A DNA stretch of 59,778 nucleotides from Desulfobacterales bacterium (GTDB lineage Bacteria; Desulfobacterota; Desulfobacteria; Desulfobacterales; JAFDHS01), in assembly GCA_030589165.1 (NCBI GenBank), contig JAUUWG010000001.1:1-59778 (forward strand), given 5' to 3'. The notes below the pieces were generated by a model. It ran no database searches, was not told where the DNA came from, and saw only the letters and a list, made by a program, of their open reading frames with translations. Of the stretch, positions 38,740 to 49,101 are shown in pieces; the first letter of the stretch is position 1, and every line of letters begins with the position of its first letter. Made by a program: the position numbers and the translations under genes.

Positions 38740-39696
38740 CTACTTTGTATTCGGTGACGTTTCATAGAACTCGTTCATTTCGGTTTTTTTTAAATTTTCC
38801 CCCGCTCTCAGGTAAAAAGTGGGTTTGCACTCGATGGCCTTCTCAAAAGAGCGGATTGCCGGTTTTCGTTCCCCTCTCTGCAGATAAACAAATCCCAGGT
38901 TGTTGTATGCCTGCGCTTTATCCCCTCCTTTTCTGAAAGCCGCCATTGCACGCCGGTCTTTTCCGAGCCTGGCCAAAACCAGTCCTAAGTTATTGTAAAT
39001 TTTAGGATAAGAAGTCGTAATTTTCAATGCATCCTCAAAGGTATGGATTGCCTGTTCGTAACCCCCTGCCAAGGAGTAGGATACCCCCAGATTATTGTAT
39101 ATCAGGGCGTTGTCCGGTTTTAAAACGATAGCTGCCTTATATTCGGTAACGGCTGCCTTGTAATCTTTCTTATAGTCATAAATTATTCCCAGTAAATTAT
39201 GAGCCTTCCATAACTTGGGTTTCAGTTCGACGGCTTTGCGTAAATGTTTTTCAGCCTCCTTGTATTTCTTCAATTCAAAAAAGGCTTGCCCCATGCCCTG
39301 ATAAGCGAATTTATGTTCGGGTTCCTTTTCTATAATTTTCTCAAATTCCCGGACGGCTTTGTCATTCATCTTTCCTTTAAGAAAGATCAGGCCTTTCTTG
39401 TAACGGACCCGGGTATTGTCGGGGTTAAGCCGGAGAAATTTATTATACCGCACCAAAGCCATCTGGAGATTACCCTGCCTGAAGTAGACATCGCCTGACC
39501 TTTCAAGTTCATCCCCTGTCATTGTTTCAGGACCGGGCAGCTCTTTAAGCAGATTATTCTGTTGAGGGGCACAACCGCAGAAAATCCAGGCTATGACAAA
39601 GACCATTGCCGGCAGGCTGTGGAATATTTTTTTATCCCTTTGTAAGGACCCGCCGCAAAGGCGCAAAGGACGCAAAGTTTTAAAGACCATTGACAA
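38740..39696 (-). CDS. TPR lipoprotein, TadD-like
   Basis: Lipobox-like FCGC; multiple TPRs (YNNLG); directly follows tadC; start uncertain. Confidence 0.78.
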   Translation of the reverse strand: MSMVFKTLRPLRLCGGSLQRDKKIFHSLPAMVFVIAWIFCGCAPQQNNLLKELPGPETMTGDELERSGDVYFRQGNLQMALVRYNKFLRLNPDNTRVRYKKGLIFLKGKMNDKAVREFEKIIEKEPEHKFAYQGMGQAFFELKKYKEAEKHLRKAVELKPKLWKAHNLLGIIYDYKKDYKAAVTEYKAAIVLKPDNALIYNNLGVSYSLAGGYEQAIHTFEDALKITTSYPKIYNNLGLVLARLGKDRRAMAAFRKGGDKAQAYNNLGFVYLQRGERKPAIRSFEKAIECKPTFYLRAGENLKKTEMNEFYETSPNTK

Positions 39697-39796
39697 TTTT
39701 CTTTATTCCTTTTTCAGAATTGGAACATTGAAATTAATCAATATCCCCAATTTTAAACCCGACAACTTTAAAGACATCAAGAGTTGTGCTTCATTC

Positions 39797-39956
39797 CCCA
39801 ACCCGGATAAACCGGGAAAGTTAAAAGTGAGCTAAAGTTAATGAGTCGCTTCGCTCCGTCTTTTTACATATAAAATTGATAGAATTCCTCAACTTCAGTC
39901 ACTTCAGTCACTTCAGTCACTTTAGTCACTTTAGCTCACTTTAGCTCACTTTAGCT
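39797..39956. repeat. Family A element copy with 7 right-arm units, plus CCCAACCCGGATAAACCGG motif
   Basis: Core TCGCTTCGCTCCGTC; (ACTTCAGTC)x3, ACTTTAGTC, (ACTTTAGCTC)x2-3. Confidence 0.9.
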
Positions 39957-39985
39957 ATCAAGAGACTAAGATAAAAGTTTGAGTG

Positions 39986-40966
39986 TTAGAAGTGACCTCC
40001 GTGCAGAAATACCCTATAAATACTGATAACCGCCGGTCCCAGGATCGCAACGAAAATAGCCGGAAAGATAAACAGAATCAGAGGAAAAAGCAGCTTTACC
40101 GGCAGCTTGGCGGCCATTTCCTCCGCCCTCTGGAATCTCTGGGTTCTCAGGGTATCGGAATAAATCTTCAGGGCCTGGCTTACGCTGGTGCCGAATTTGT
40201 CTGTCTGGATTAATAATGTCACAAGATTGTTCACCGCATCCAGGTCAATCCGCATGGCCAGGTTTTTCAAGGCATCCTGCCGCGGTTTTCCGGCTCTGAG
40301 TTCCAGGTTGTAGAGATTGAGTTCGTAGCTCAGTATCTTGTTCTCCAGTTCTATCTCTTTTGCGACTCGCAGGAGCCCGGAATCGAGTCCCATGCCCGCT
40401 TCCACGCAGACGACCAGAAGATCAAGCGCATCCGGGAATCCGTTAAGGATTGTTTGCTTTCTTTTGTCGATTTTATGGTGCAACCAGATATTGGGAAGAT
40501 AGAAACCTGCGAGGGCCAGCAAAGCGCCGACGGCAACCACCATATTCCCTGAAATCAAAAAATCGGGAAAGGCGAGTTTAAAGACTGCAAAGCAGACCGG
40601 CAGAAAAACCGCAAGGAGAAATTTGGCCCCCCAAAAGGCAGACGGAGCGTCTTGCCGGCGGAAGCCCGCCTTAAGAAAAACAGGCCTCAACTTGGAATAA
40701 TCCAAGGCTTTGTCACTGCCCGTGCGCTTGCCCAGTGAATCGAGAAAATCCAGAACCTTGCCCTGGAACCTTTTTTCGGTTTTTGGAGGCGAAAAATTCG
40801 TATCGGGAATTTGTAACTTTTGCCCGCCGTGCCGGATTTTTTCCATCAATTCACGTTTAGCGGAAGCCACCCGGCGATATTGCAATATTCCGATTAAAAG
40901 CAGGATCACGGAGCAAAACACTGAAACGGAAACGATAATGGGGATATATTCGGCTATGCTGGTCAT
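39986..40966 (-). CDS. tadC: Tad pilus inner-membrane platform protein TadC
   Basis: FPDALDLLVVCVEAGMGLD, LIQTDKFGTS, RAEEMAAKLPVKLLFPL. Confidence 0.93.
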   Translation of the reverse strand: MTSIAEYIPIIVSVSVFCSVILLLIGILQYRRVASAKRELMEKIRHGGQKLQIPDTNFSPPKTEKRFQGKVLDFLDSLGKRTGSDKALDYSKLRPVFLKAGFRRQDAPSAFWGAKFLLAVFLPVCFAVFKLAFPDFLISGNMVVAVGALLALAGFYLPNIWLHHKIDKRKQTILNGFPDALDLLVVCVEAGMGLDSGLLRVAKEIELENKILSYELNLYNLELRAGKPRQDALKNLAMRIDLDAVNNLVTLLIQTDKFGTSVSQALKIYSDTLRTQRFQRAEEMAAKLPVKLLFPLILFIFPAIFVAILGPAVISIYRVFLHGGHF

Positions 40967-40985
40967 TTATCACTGCTCCCGGTTG

Positions 40986-41954
40986 TTATATTTTAATATC
41001 GATCATTCTTTTCATCACAAATGTGCCTATGACCATCATGACCAGAGCGGTGTAACACATTATTCTTCCGGCAGGGTCTGTAAACAGGGTCATAATATAT
41101 GTTCGATTCGTAAGAAAAAGAGCACCCAGAACGAAAAAGGGGAGACCGAGAAGGACATACATGGATAATTTTCCTTCCGCTGCAAGGGCCCTGACCTTGC
41201 CCAGGAATTTGTATCTCTCCCGTATAAGATGAGCGATGTTCTCCATGATCTCGGCAAGGTTGCCGCCTGTTTCACGCTGCAGTATTACGGCGACCACAAA
41301 GAAATTCAGGTCCACACAGTCCACCCGGCCGGCAAGGTTCTTCATGGCTTCGGCAACACCGACCCCGAAGTTGATTTCATCCAGGGTTATTCCAAATTCC
41401 GGGCCGATCGGATCGTCAAACTCTTCGGAAGTCATCTTCATACCGGTAGTGAAGGCATGTCCCGCTTTCAGGGAACGGGCCATCAGGTCCAGGGCCTCGG
41501 GCAACTGGCTTTGAAATTTTTCCATTCTCTTTTTTTTTTTCAACTTAAGATAGATAAAAGGGGATGCTCCGAGGAATACCGTAAAGATTACGCAGAACAC
41601 GGTGTTTATCTTGAGCATGGACAATCCCAGAAACCCAGTAAGCGCGAGAAGAGGGGAGAGTAATAGGAAGAAACCCGCTGGATATTGGGAATTGGCCTGA
41701 TATATCAATTTATCCAGGCGCTGGATTCCGGTGATGCGAAGCAGGATCTGATTCAGTGCCGGCACATCGCTTAGTACTCTTTTTCGAACAATATCAGGTA
41801 ACTCGGTTGTGCTTCCGCTTGATGAAATCCTTTTCAGCTTTTTGCGGATCTTGGCGTGGTCCGGGTTCCGCAGGGTTCTATAGGAATAAAAAAACATCTC
41901 TATGACAAATACGGATATTAAAAATATTATTATGCCGGTGATGAGAATGTTCAT
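40986..41954 (-). CDS. tadB: Tad pilus inner-membrane platform protein TadB
   Basis: QLPEALDLMARSLKAGH, QRETGGNLAE, KVRALAAEG; start placed at ATG 41954 with GAGG RBS. Confidence 0.92.
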   Translation of the reverse strand: MNILITGIIIFLISVFVIEMFFYSYRTLRNPDHAKIRKKLKRISSSGSTTELPDIVRKRVLSDVPALNQILLRITGIQRLDKLIYQANSQYPAGFFLLLSPLLALTGFLGLSMLKINTVFCVIFTVFLGASPFIYLKLKKKKRMEKFQSQLPEALDLMARSLKAGHAFTTGMKMTSEEFDDPIGPEFGITLDEINFGVGVAEAMKNLAGRVDCVDLNFFVVAVILQRETGGNLAEIMENIAHLIRERYKFLGKVRALAAEGKLSMYVLLGLPFFVLGALFLTNRTYIMTLFTDPAGRIMCYTALVMMVIGTFVMKRMIDIKI

Positions 41955-41955
41955 G

Positions 41956-43299
41956 TTAAACCTCATATACTTTGTCCGGATTGAACAAATCATCAGGAAC
42001 GGATATATCGTTTGCATTGAACCGATCGATGAACCTGGGGCGGACCCCGTGAAATTTGAAGTATCCTTTTGTTTTTCCTTCTTCATCCATTCCTGTCTGC
42101 TGGAAGGAAAAGATCTCCTGCAGGGTGATTATGTTCCCCTCCATCCCGGTTATTTCCTGGATGCTGATTACCTTTCTGGTACCGTCGGGAAGACGGGATA
42201 TTTGGATGATGACATTGATGGCGGAGCTGATAAACCGCCTCATAAATTCGTAGGGAATATCCAGGTTGGCCATGGATATCATGCTTTCCAGGCGCATTAT
42301 CGCGTCACGGGGAGTGTTGGCGTGAATGGTTGTTAAAGATCCGTCGTGCCCGGTGTTCATGGCCTGGAGCATATCAAAGGCCTCCTGGCTGCGCACCTCG
42401 CCCACAATAATGCGGTCCGGGCGCATCCTGAGGCTGTTTCTCACAAGATCCCGGGCCGTGACCTCGCCCTTGCCCTCTATGTTCGGAGGCCGGGTCTCCA
42501 GCCTGACCAGGTGCATCTGCTTGAGTTGTAATTCTGCGGCGTCTTCAATGGTGATAACCCTGTCGACATTAGGTATGAACTGAGACATGACATTGAGCAG
42601 GGTGGTTTTGCCGCTGCCGGTGCCCCCTGAAATCAGAACATTCAGCCTGGCCTTGACGATACCTTTCAGAAGCTCGCCGATTCCATCTGTAAAGCTCTTC
42701 AATAAAATAAGATCATCAAGCAGAAGCGGGTCCCTGCCAAAACGCCTGATAGACAAACTGGCCCCGTCTATGGCCAAGGGAGGGATGATGGCATTGACCC
42801 TGGAGCCGTCGGGAAGCCTGGCGTCCACCATGGGAGAAGACTCGTCGATCCGTCGTCCCACGGATGAAACAATCTTGTCGATGATTCTCATCAGGTGGGC
42901 ATCGTCCTTGAACCTTGAATCGGAAATTTCCAGCTTGCCGAATCTCTCCACAAAGATCTGACGGTATGAGTTGACCAGGATATCGGAGACCGTATCGTCT
43001 TTAATAAAGGGTTCCAAGGGGCCGAGCCCCAATACTTCATCCTCGATCTCCACAAAGAGTCTTTCCCTTTCGGCTAAATTGAGCGGTACGCTTTGGCCTT
43101 CTTCCTCTAATATCCTCATTACTAGGGTCCTGATCTGAGACTTGAGGACATCCCGGTCAATAGATTCGATGAGAGTAAGGTCGACAAGATCCAGCAGGCG
43201 ATCATGAATCCTGGTTTTCAGGTCAAAATATTCGTCGGAAATATACCGGCTTTGGTCTACTATATCTTTTAACGGGATAACATCAGGGTCTATTGGCAT
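41956..43299 (-). CDS. cpaF: Tad pilus ATPase CpaF/TadA
   Basis: [48 protein letters not shown]. Confidence 0.96.
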   Translation of the reverse strand: MPIDPDVIPLKDIVDQSRYISDEYFDLKTRIHDRLLDLVDLTLIESIDRDVLKSQIRTLVMRILEEEGQSVPLNLAERERLFVEIEDEVLGLGPLEPFIKDDTVSDILVNSYRQIFVERFGKLEISDSRFKDDAHLMRIIDKIVSSVGRRIDESSPMVDARLPDGSRVNAIIPPLAIDGASLSIRRFGRDPLLLDDLILLKSFTDGIGELLKGIVKARLNVLISGGTGSGKTTLLNVMSQFIPNVDRVITIEDAAELQLKQMHLVRLETRPPNIEGKGEVTARDLVRNSLRMRPDRIIVGEVRSQEAFDMLQAMNTGHDGSLTTIHANTPRDAIMRLESMISMANLDIPYEFMRRFISSAINVIIQISRLPDGTRKVISIQEITGMEGNIITLQEIFSFQQTGMDEEGKTKGYFKFHGVRPRFIDRFNANDISVPDDLFNPDKVYEV

Positions 43300-43335
43300 T
43301 TGATCGTAATCTCCTGGGTTGTTTCATCTTTGTTT

Positions 43336-44502
43336 CTAAAGGCTGAAGAATTTCCAAAACTTTCTTTTCTTTTTTCCCTCTTTTTCTTCGAACGAAGGAC
43401 AAATGGAAGAGGCCATTTCTCTGAAGTTCTCGGTGATGGGCTCCTTTGATGCAAATTGAGTAAGAGGTTTCCCCTTGTTTATGGCGGATATGGTTGTATT
43501 GTAGTCATTGGGTATGGTCCGGAATATTTTCTTGTCAAATGATTTTTCCGCATCTTCTATGGAGATGTTTGAGTTTTTCAGATGACGGTTGATAACAATA
43601 TTGATGCGTTCCCTTTCCGGGTACCCTAAATCGTAAAAAGATTTTAAAAGCTTGTTTGTGTTTGCCAGGCAGGGGATGCTCAAGTTCGAGACAATTAGAA
43701 CGGTGTCCGACATTTCAAGGATTTTCAAGGAGATATTACCCATGGAGTGGCCCCCGTCGATAATAACAAAGTCAAACATTCCCCGCATAACCTTTAGTAA
43801 ACTCTCTATAATTGCCGGGGATGCCACATTGTAGCCGCTCAAATAGCCGGGGGAGCAGAGGACGTAAACTCCCGAGGGATCAACAGAAAGGATATTCTTC
43901 AAAAAAGTGGCATCCAGGCGGGAAATATTCTTGGTAATTTCACTCCAGTTATAGGTCGGCTCAATATCCAGGAACAGGGGGATCTCTCCGAACACCAGGT
44001 TCATGTCTATCAATGCCACGGATTCCACCCTTTCAAGCTCGGCCAGGCAGACTGCCAGGTTTACGGCAATGGTTGTTGTGCCGACCCCTCCCTTGCTGCC
44101 GAGGACGTTTATAATCTGCCCTTTCTTGCCGGGTGTTTCGTTTTTTAATCTCTCCCTTCTCTCCTTGAATTTTTCCAGGGCCTGCCGGATTTCTTCCTCT
44201 TTAACCGATTGATCGAAAAATTCCCTGGCGCCTGTTTGCATGGCTCGTTTGAGCAGGGTCTGGTCGGAGTAAGTTGACGCTAAAAAGAGCTCTTTGACCT
44301 CGCCTGAATTCAGAATGTTCTGGACATGCTGAAAATCTTTGTCATGTTCATCGCTCAGTTCAAAAATCCAAAGATCGATCGGACGTACATCGCCGGGCTT
44401 TTGTATATCAAATCCCGGAACGGATCGGATAATGCTTTCAAATTCTCTTCTCAGGTTGCGGTTTCTTATTTCCAGTTTAATGCAGATGTTTTCATCTGTC
44501 AT
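43336..44502 (-). CDS. cpaE: CpaE/TadZ (degenerate receiver domain plus MinD-like ATPase)
   Basis: AMQTGAREF, KGGVGTTTIAVNLA, VINR, IPND, AINKG. Confidence 0.9.
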   Translation of the reverse strand: MTDENICIKLEIRNRNLRREFESIIRSVPGFDIQKPGDVRPIDLWIFELSDEHDKDFQHVQNILNSGEVKELFLASTYSDQTLLKRAMQTGAREFFDQSVKEEEIRQALEKFKERRERLKNETPGKKGQIINVLGSKGGVGTTTIAVNLAVCLAELERVESVALIDMNLVFGEIPLFLDIEPTYNWSEITKNISRLDATFLKNILSVDPSGVYVLCSPGYLSGYNVASPAIIESLLKVMRGMFDFVIIDGGHSMGNISLKILEMSDTVLIVSNLSIPCLANTNKLLKSFYDLGYPERERINIVINRHLKNSNISIEDAEKSFDKKIFRTIPNDYNTTISAINKGKPLTQFASKEPITENFREMASSICPSFEEKEGKKKRKFWKFFSL

Positions 44503-44706
44503 TGTCTCCTCCGAAATTCAAGGGTCCAAAGTAGTTCTCAATATAGCCGGGTTTGCCTTTTAAGGGCGGTAAGTTCAGGATGCCGGTGTATTTTGCGTTC
44601 GGTAATATAAGGTCGGGAATGTAAATTATATCGGTTCACCTCTTTTTTACTTCTAATTTGATCAAATGAATACTATCCGTCATGAAAGCTCTCTCCAAGA
44701 ACTATG

Positions 44707-45957
44707 CTATTCAACTAAATTCGGGATGGCGCCTTTGGTGTTCCCATGCATCCCCCCGCCTCCGCGTTCATCCAAGAAGGTTATCTTGCAGTCGAGAATT
44801 ACGTCAACCGTATTTGCAGCTGCATCGACACCAACGACTTGAACCGTGGCAAAGCCTACAATTTCAATTGAACTCTGGTAAGGCGGCGCATAATTCGGAC
44901 GCACGCACTGTCCATTAGTTTCATCATAGTAGGCCTTATAAACCGGCACAGTGGTTGTCCAGACGTTGTCATTTTCATCGCCATCACGGAATCTGAAATA
45001 ATCGAAAAGCGCTGGAAAAGCCGCTGGGTTGCCTTTGTCTTCTTGAGCGGGTGTAATTGGACCATTATCATCCCACTGAATTATTTCCCCAGAGAATAAA
45101 GCCGCGATAACGCCTTCCTGAAAATCATACATATCGCTACTTGCTGTCTCAGGTGTCGCAGAGGCGTCAGGGATGGTTGCATCTACACTCTTATAAAAAT
45201 ACTCCCTCAGCCAAGCTTCGCCTTCGCCACCCGGATCGTTTTTTATAAAGCTTATCAGCTTATCTTTCATTGCGTTAGCATTAATTGCGTCAAAAAAGTT
45301 ATGCCAACCTGCACATTTATCTTGAAAGTCGATTTGACCAGGACAATTATCCGGGAAGTAGCTCATGGATACCGCAATCGGCAATTTCAGTTCCCCCTCA
45401 CCGACTATGGCTGGTCCGGTCAAGGCGGCAGTGGCGTCAGCGGAAACACTCATGGTATTATGGTTAAATATCCTTGCGAAAAAGGTGGCGATTGTCCCAT
45501 TGATACCACTGTCCCTGCGAGCTTTCACTCTTACCGCATCGGGTTGGTCGTTTCTCACATCCAAAGGAGGACTGCCCGTCCATCTTCCAATTTCAACATC
45601 TTCAGGTTTGATCTTGATATCAAGATTTGCAGCCTGGTTTTTTTCAGCTACTTCGTTAGCAACCATCTCAATACTCGGGCGATCTCCGCTGACATCATAA
45701 TTTTGCTGTTCCTCGTAAGACATAGTTTGGTAAATGGATCCCAATTTCCTTGTTGCAGCCAGCGCGGCGGCATCGGCTACATTTTGAAGTTCATTGCGGG
45801 TGGCATAAAGATAACCGACGTCAACGGCCAGCGCCACAAAACCGATGAGCATGGCCATCGTTATAGCAGCGACTATGGCTGTTACTCCCCGTTGGTTTTT
45901 CATCATTGATATTAGATGGAGGCCTTTATTCATAATTACACTCCTTTTGCTATCCAT
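44707..45957 (-). CDS. tadG: TadG-like pilus-associated protein
   Basis: NQRG prepilin-like site, ALAVDVG, ELQNVADAAALAA; start uncertain (alternative 45933). Confidence 0.85.
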   Translation of the reverse strand: MDSKRSVIMNKGLHLISMMKNQRGVTAIVAAITMAMLIGFVALAVDVGYLYATRNELQNVADAAALAATRKLGSIYQTMSYEEQQNYDVSGDRPSIEMVANEVAEKNQAANLDIKIKPEDVEIGRWTGSPPLDVRNDQPDAVRVKARRDSGINGTIATFFARIFNHNTMSVSADATAALTGPAIVGEGELKLPIAVSMSYFPDNCPGQIDFQDKCAGWHNFFDAINANAMKDKLISFIKNDPGGEGEAWLREYFYKSVDATIPDASATPETASSDMYDFQEGVIAALFSGEIIQWDDNGPITPAQEDKGNPAAFPALFDYFRFRDGDENDNVWTTTVPVYKAYYDETNGQCVRPNYAPPYQSSIEIVGFATVQVVGVDAAANTVDVILDCKITFLDERGGGGMHGNTKGAIPNLVE

Positions 45958-45966
45958 GAACCCTAT

Positions 45967-46446
45967 TTATTCCATCCTCATCGTACATTTTGCTGTTATG
46001 TCGACTCCCAGACTGGAAAGAAACAAAGAATCATATGGATAAGTTACCTCGACAGTAAGAGAATCACCGAAACCACCTAATATGGGGTTCCCATCCGCGT
46101 CCTTCAACAGAAGGTTCTCTTCTGAATCTCTCCTCTCAAAAAATGGTTTATCCATAGTATCAGGATCTGTAGGCACAACAATTGTTCCAGAGCCAAAGGT
46201 CACAAGGTGTTGTTCACTGAATTCTATGACTTTAGCCTTAATCTCATCGTTTGATATTCTCGGACTCCGAACCACGATGCCAAAACGTGCGCCTTCTCTG
46301 GCGGCATTGGTAATCACCTGTTTGTTGAATAAATACAGGCCGAATTCAACGATGCCGAATATCAGGGTGATAAACAATGGCAAGATAATCGCAAATTCTA
46401 CTGCTGTCGCACCCTTCTGATTTTTCAATAAAGTTTTTTTTTTCAA
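45967..46446 (-). CDS. tadE: TadE/TadF pseudopilin
   Basis: QKGATAVEFA, IVEFG, NAAREGAR, C-terminal MRME. Confidence 0.9.
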   Translation of the reverse strand: MKKKTLLKNQKGATAVEFAIILPLFITLIFGIVEFGLYLFNKQVITNAAREGARFGIVVRSPRISNDEIKAKVIEFSEQHLVTFGSGTIVVPTDPDTMDKPFFERRDSEENLLLKDADGNPILGGFGDSLTVEVTYPYDSLFLSSLGVDITAKCTMRME

Positions 46447-46525
46447 TTTTTTTGGTCTCGCTGGTCATTTTCTTTCAGTATTCAAAACAAAGCCCAATCA
46501 GAAATGCTTGACTATTTGATGTAAT

Positions 46526-46957
46526 TTATTCCATTCGCATTACTGTCTCGCCTGTTAGGGTTATGTTGCCAAATCCGAGAATTCCGGTAAATAGGAAGTT
46601 ATAAACATATGGCACTGTCACTGTGATATCTTTTTGTAAATCAACAGATGAAATAGCTATCTCGTCTACGTTTAGATCATTAGAACCACCAAGGTTAATA
46701 AGATTATTTTCACAGTAATCATCTATTATCTGATTAACTTGCGCTTTGTCGTCTGTTTTTAAGCTTGTGCCATCCAAAGTTTTGGTAATCGCGGCGCGCG
46801 CTCCCTCCCTGCTGGCATTGGTAATCACCTGTTTATTGTAAAAAAGCAGGCCGAATTCAATCATTCCGCAGAAGAACAAAACCAGCAGAGGCAGAACGAT
46901 GGCAAACTCCACCGCTGCCGCCCCTTTCTCGCTTTTTATTATTTTTGGTGTCTTCAT
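46526..46957 (-). CDS. tadE: TadE/TadF pseudopilin
   Basis: EKGAAAVEFA, MIEFG, NASREGAR, C-terminal MRME. Confidence 0.9.
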   Translation of the reverse strand: MKTPKIIKSEKGAAAVEFAIVLPLLVLFFCGMIEFGLLFYNKQVITNASREGARAAITKTLDGTSLKTDDKAQVNQIIDDYCENNLINLGGSNDLNVDEIAISSVDLQKDITVTVPYVYNFLFTGILGFGNITLTGETVMRME

Positions 46958-47037
46958 AAATTATGCCTGCGTCCTGGTATTCATGGGAAAAAGTCGTGAC
47001 AATAATTTTCATGAATGATCAGTCATTTTGTTGCTGG

Positions 47038-47125
47038 ATTCCCCCCTTGAGGGGGGCAGGGGGGTGTTTTTTATCAATCGGAGTGACCATACACCCCCCC
47101 CCTAACCCCCCCTCAAGGGGGGAAT
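47038..47125. repeat. GC-rich REP-like inverted pair
   Basis: ATTCCCCCCTTGAGGGGGGCAGGGGGGTGT ... ACACCCCCCCCCTAACCCCCCCTCAAGGGGGGAAT. Confidence 0.75.
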
Positions 47126-47173
47126 AAATCTGATTTGAGCTTATTATTTTTGTCGATAATTAAAATTCGAAAA

Positions 47174-47244
47174 CCCAAGTATATAAAAATGATAAAGCGA
47201 AGCGACTCCTTAACTTTAGTCACTTTAGTCACTTTAGTCACTTT
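47174..47244. repeat. Family A half element
   Basis: TATATAAAAA..AGCGAAGCGACTCCTTAACTTTAGTC(ACTTTAGTC)x2 ACTTT. Confidence 0.85.
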
Positions 47245-47253
47245 CCCCAGAGT

Positions 47254-47550
47254 CTATTTGCCAATCCCGGTAAGAACAGGAGTTTTAGGCGGTTCCGCCT
47301 TTTTGAACGCATCCCTGTATTTTTTCATGTTGTACCCGGCCGCCTCTCCGTCAAGCCCGACCACCGGTTCCGGCTCCATCCCTGCCTCGGGGTTCAAAAT
47401 CTGGTTGTTTTTGGCTGATTCAAAGGACTTTCCCCAGTTCATATCGATCATTTTTGTTCTCTGACTTTTGGGCAGGTTCCCGGCACAGCCCCATAACATG
47501 ACAGAGAGCACCGCCGTCAATGCGATCAGTATTATATTGTTTTTAAACAT
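47254..47550 (-). CDS. Small Tad-associated lipoprotein
   Basis: Lipobox LWGC; WGKSF...QILNPEA...GLDGEAA; follows the secretin gene. Confidence 0.8.
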   Translation of the reverse strand: MFKNNIILIALTAVLSVMLWGCAGNLPKSQRTKMIDMNWGKSFESAKNNQILNPEAGMEPEPVVGLDGEAAGYNMKKYRDAFKKAEPPKTPVLTGIGK

Positions 47551-47578
47551 TTTCCCCTCCTATGCTCAACTTTTTGAT

Positions 47579-48991
47579 TTATTGGGTAAATATATGCCCG
47601 AATTCACCATCCAGCCCCCCGTTTTCATAAGAGACCTTCTGCCGGGACTGCCCGAAAACGCCCCAGAGGAAGAATTCGGCGTCATCCGGTTCGATGTAGT
47701 TATCTGTCGGCAAGGACTGTTCCATCATGTCAAGAGGCTTGACAAGGTGAGGGGTGACGAAAATAACCAGCTCCGTTTCCTGTTTCTGAAAAGCCTTGCT
47801 TTTGAAGAGGGCGCCGAGTATGGGGATATCCCCCAGGAACGGATACTTGGAGAGGTTCTCTCTTGCGGTTTCCTTGAGAATACCCGCAATGGCAAAGCTC
47901 TGGCCGTCTCCAAGCTCCACCCGGGTGGAGGCCCGTCGGGCCAGTAATCCCGGCACTACAGATCCCGCTATGGTCACTGCGGTTGTAAAATCTATCTCGG
48001 ATACCTCCGGCAGGACCTCGATGCTGATCCTTTTTTCACTCAGGACGGTCGGGGTGAAAGCCAGGGTTACGCCGTAGGTCTTGAACTCGACGCCGACGTT
48101 CCCATCGTCGTCTATCTTGGGTATCGGGAATTCTCCTCCGGCCAGAAAGTCCGCCGACTGACCGCTCATGGCAATCAGCGTCGGTTCGGCCAGAATTTTG
48201 ACCAGCCCGTTTCCTTGAAGCACATCAAGTACGCCGGTCCACTGGTTTGAACCGGAATTAAAACGAAATGCCCCGGCTGCCTGCGCGCCTAAAGTAAGAT
48301 CTCCGCCCGGGAAAAGGTCCATACCGTCCTCAAGATCGATAAGCCCCCCGAGTAAGGTGAGGGCAAACTCTCCGGAAGCGTTTACCCAGTTGAAATTGAT
48401 CCCCAGGTTGTTGGCCACGCTCCGGGACATTTCCGCGATTTTGACTTCCAGCATGACCTGGTGTGTCCCGGCCACCTTGAGTAAATTGACGATCTTGTCT
48501 TCGGGGGCGAATGCCCTCGTCAGTGCCAGAACTTCGGAGAGATTTTCGGTACTGGATACCATACCGGAAAGGGTGATGGAGTTGTTGGTGGCAATGACGC
48601 GGATATCCTTTTCGTTGGGAAGGATATCATGTATTCTTTGCTTGAGCCGTGACACATCAAAAGAGACCTCTATGTCATAAAGCTCGGACTCTTTGTTGCT
48701 GTGCCACAGGATCATGTTGGTGACCCCCGCGGCTTTTCCGATGATATAAACCTGGCGGGAAGAGAGAAGCGTAAAGTCGGCAATATCCGGAGCGGCTATG
48801 GAAACGCGTTTGACCGGCCTGGCGCTTTTCAGGATAACTGTTTTGCCCACCAGCACTTCAAGTTTTCCGGATTTCCGGAATCCCGGCTGAACATTCTCCG
48901 CCGCCGAGGCGTCGGCGGTAAAGATCAACAAAACAATTGCAAAACCAACAGCTGCTATTCCCGTTGTAGAGAATTTTTTGGGTATGAACAT
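47579..48991 (-). CDS. cpaC: Tad secretin CpaC/RcpA
   Basis: QVMLEVKIAE, LAEPTL, FLAGGEFPIP, PFLGDIPILGALF, ETELVIFVTP. Confidence 0.95.
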   Translation of the reverse strand: MFIPKKFSTTGIAAVGFAIVLLIFTADASAAENVQPGFRKSGKLEVLVGKTVILKSARPVKRVSIAAPDIADFTLLSSRQVYIIGKAAGVTNMILWHSNKESELYDIEVSFDVSRLKQRIHDILPNEKDIRVIATNNSITLSGMVSSTENLSEVLALTRAFAPEDKIVNLLKVAGTHQVMLEVKIAEMSRSVANNLGINFNWVNASGEFALTLLGGLIDLEDGMDLFPGGDLTLGAQAAGAFRFNSGSNQWTGVLDVLQGNGLVKILAEPTLIAMSGQSADFLAGGEFPIPKIDDDGNVGVEFKTYGVTLAFTPTVLSEKRISIEVLPEVSEIDFTTAVTIAGSVVPGLLARRASTRVELGDGQSFAIAGILKETARENLSKYPFLGDIPILGALFKSKAFQKQETELVIFVTPHLVKPLDMMEQSLPTDNYIEPDDAEFFLWGVFGQSRQKVSYENGGLDGEFGHIFTQ

Positions 48992-49101
48992 GGATCCATT
49001 TCCTCCCGGGTCGCTATAATTTATATTTTTTTGCTTTTATCAAGCTTCTTTGGCTGCTTTTACGCTTTTGGTCTCTTAATTCTGAAATTTGTGCTTTTTA
49101 T

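Noticed and set aside
39890..39956. Tandem 9/10-bp units as a CRISPR array
   Set aside because: No unique spacers, units too short, and no cas genes in the window
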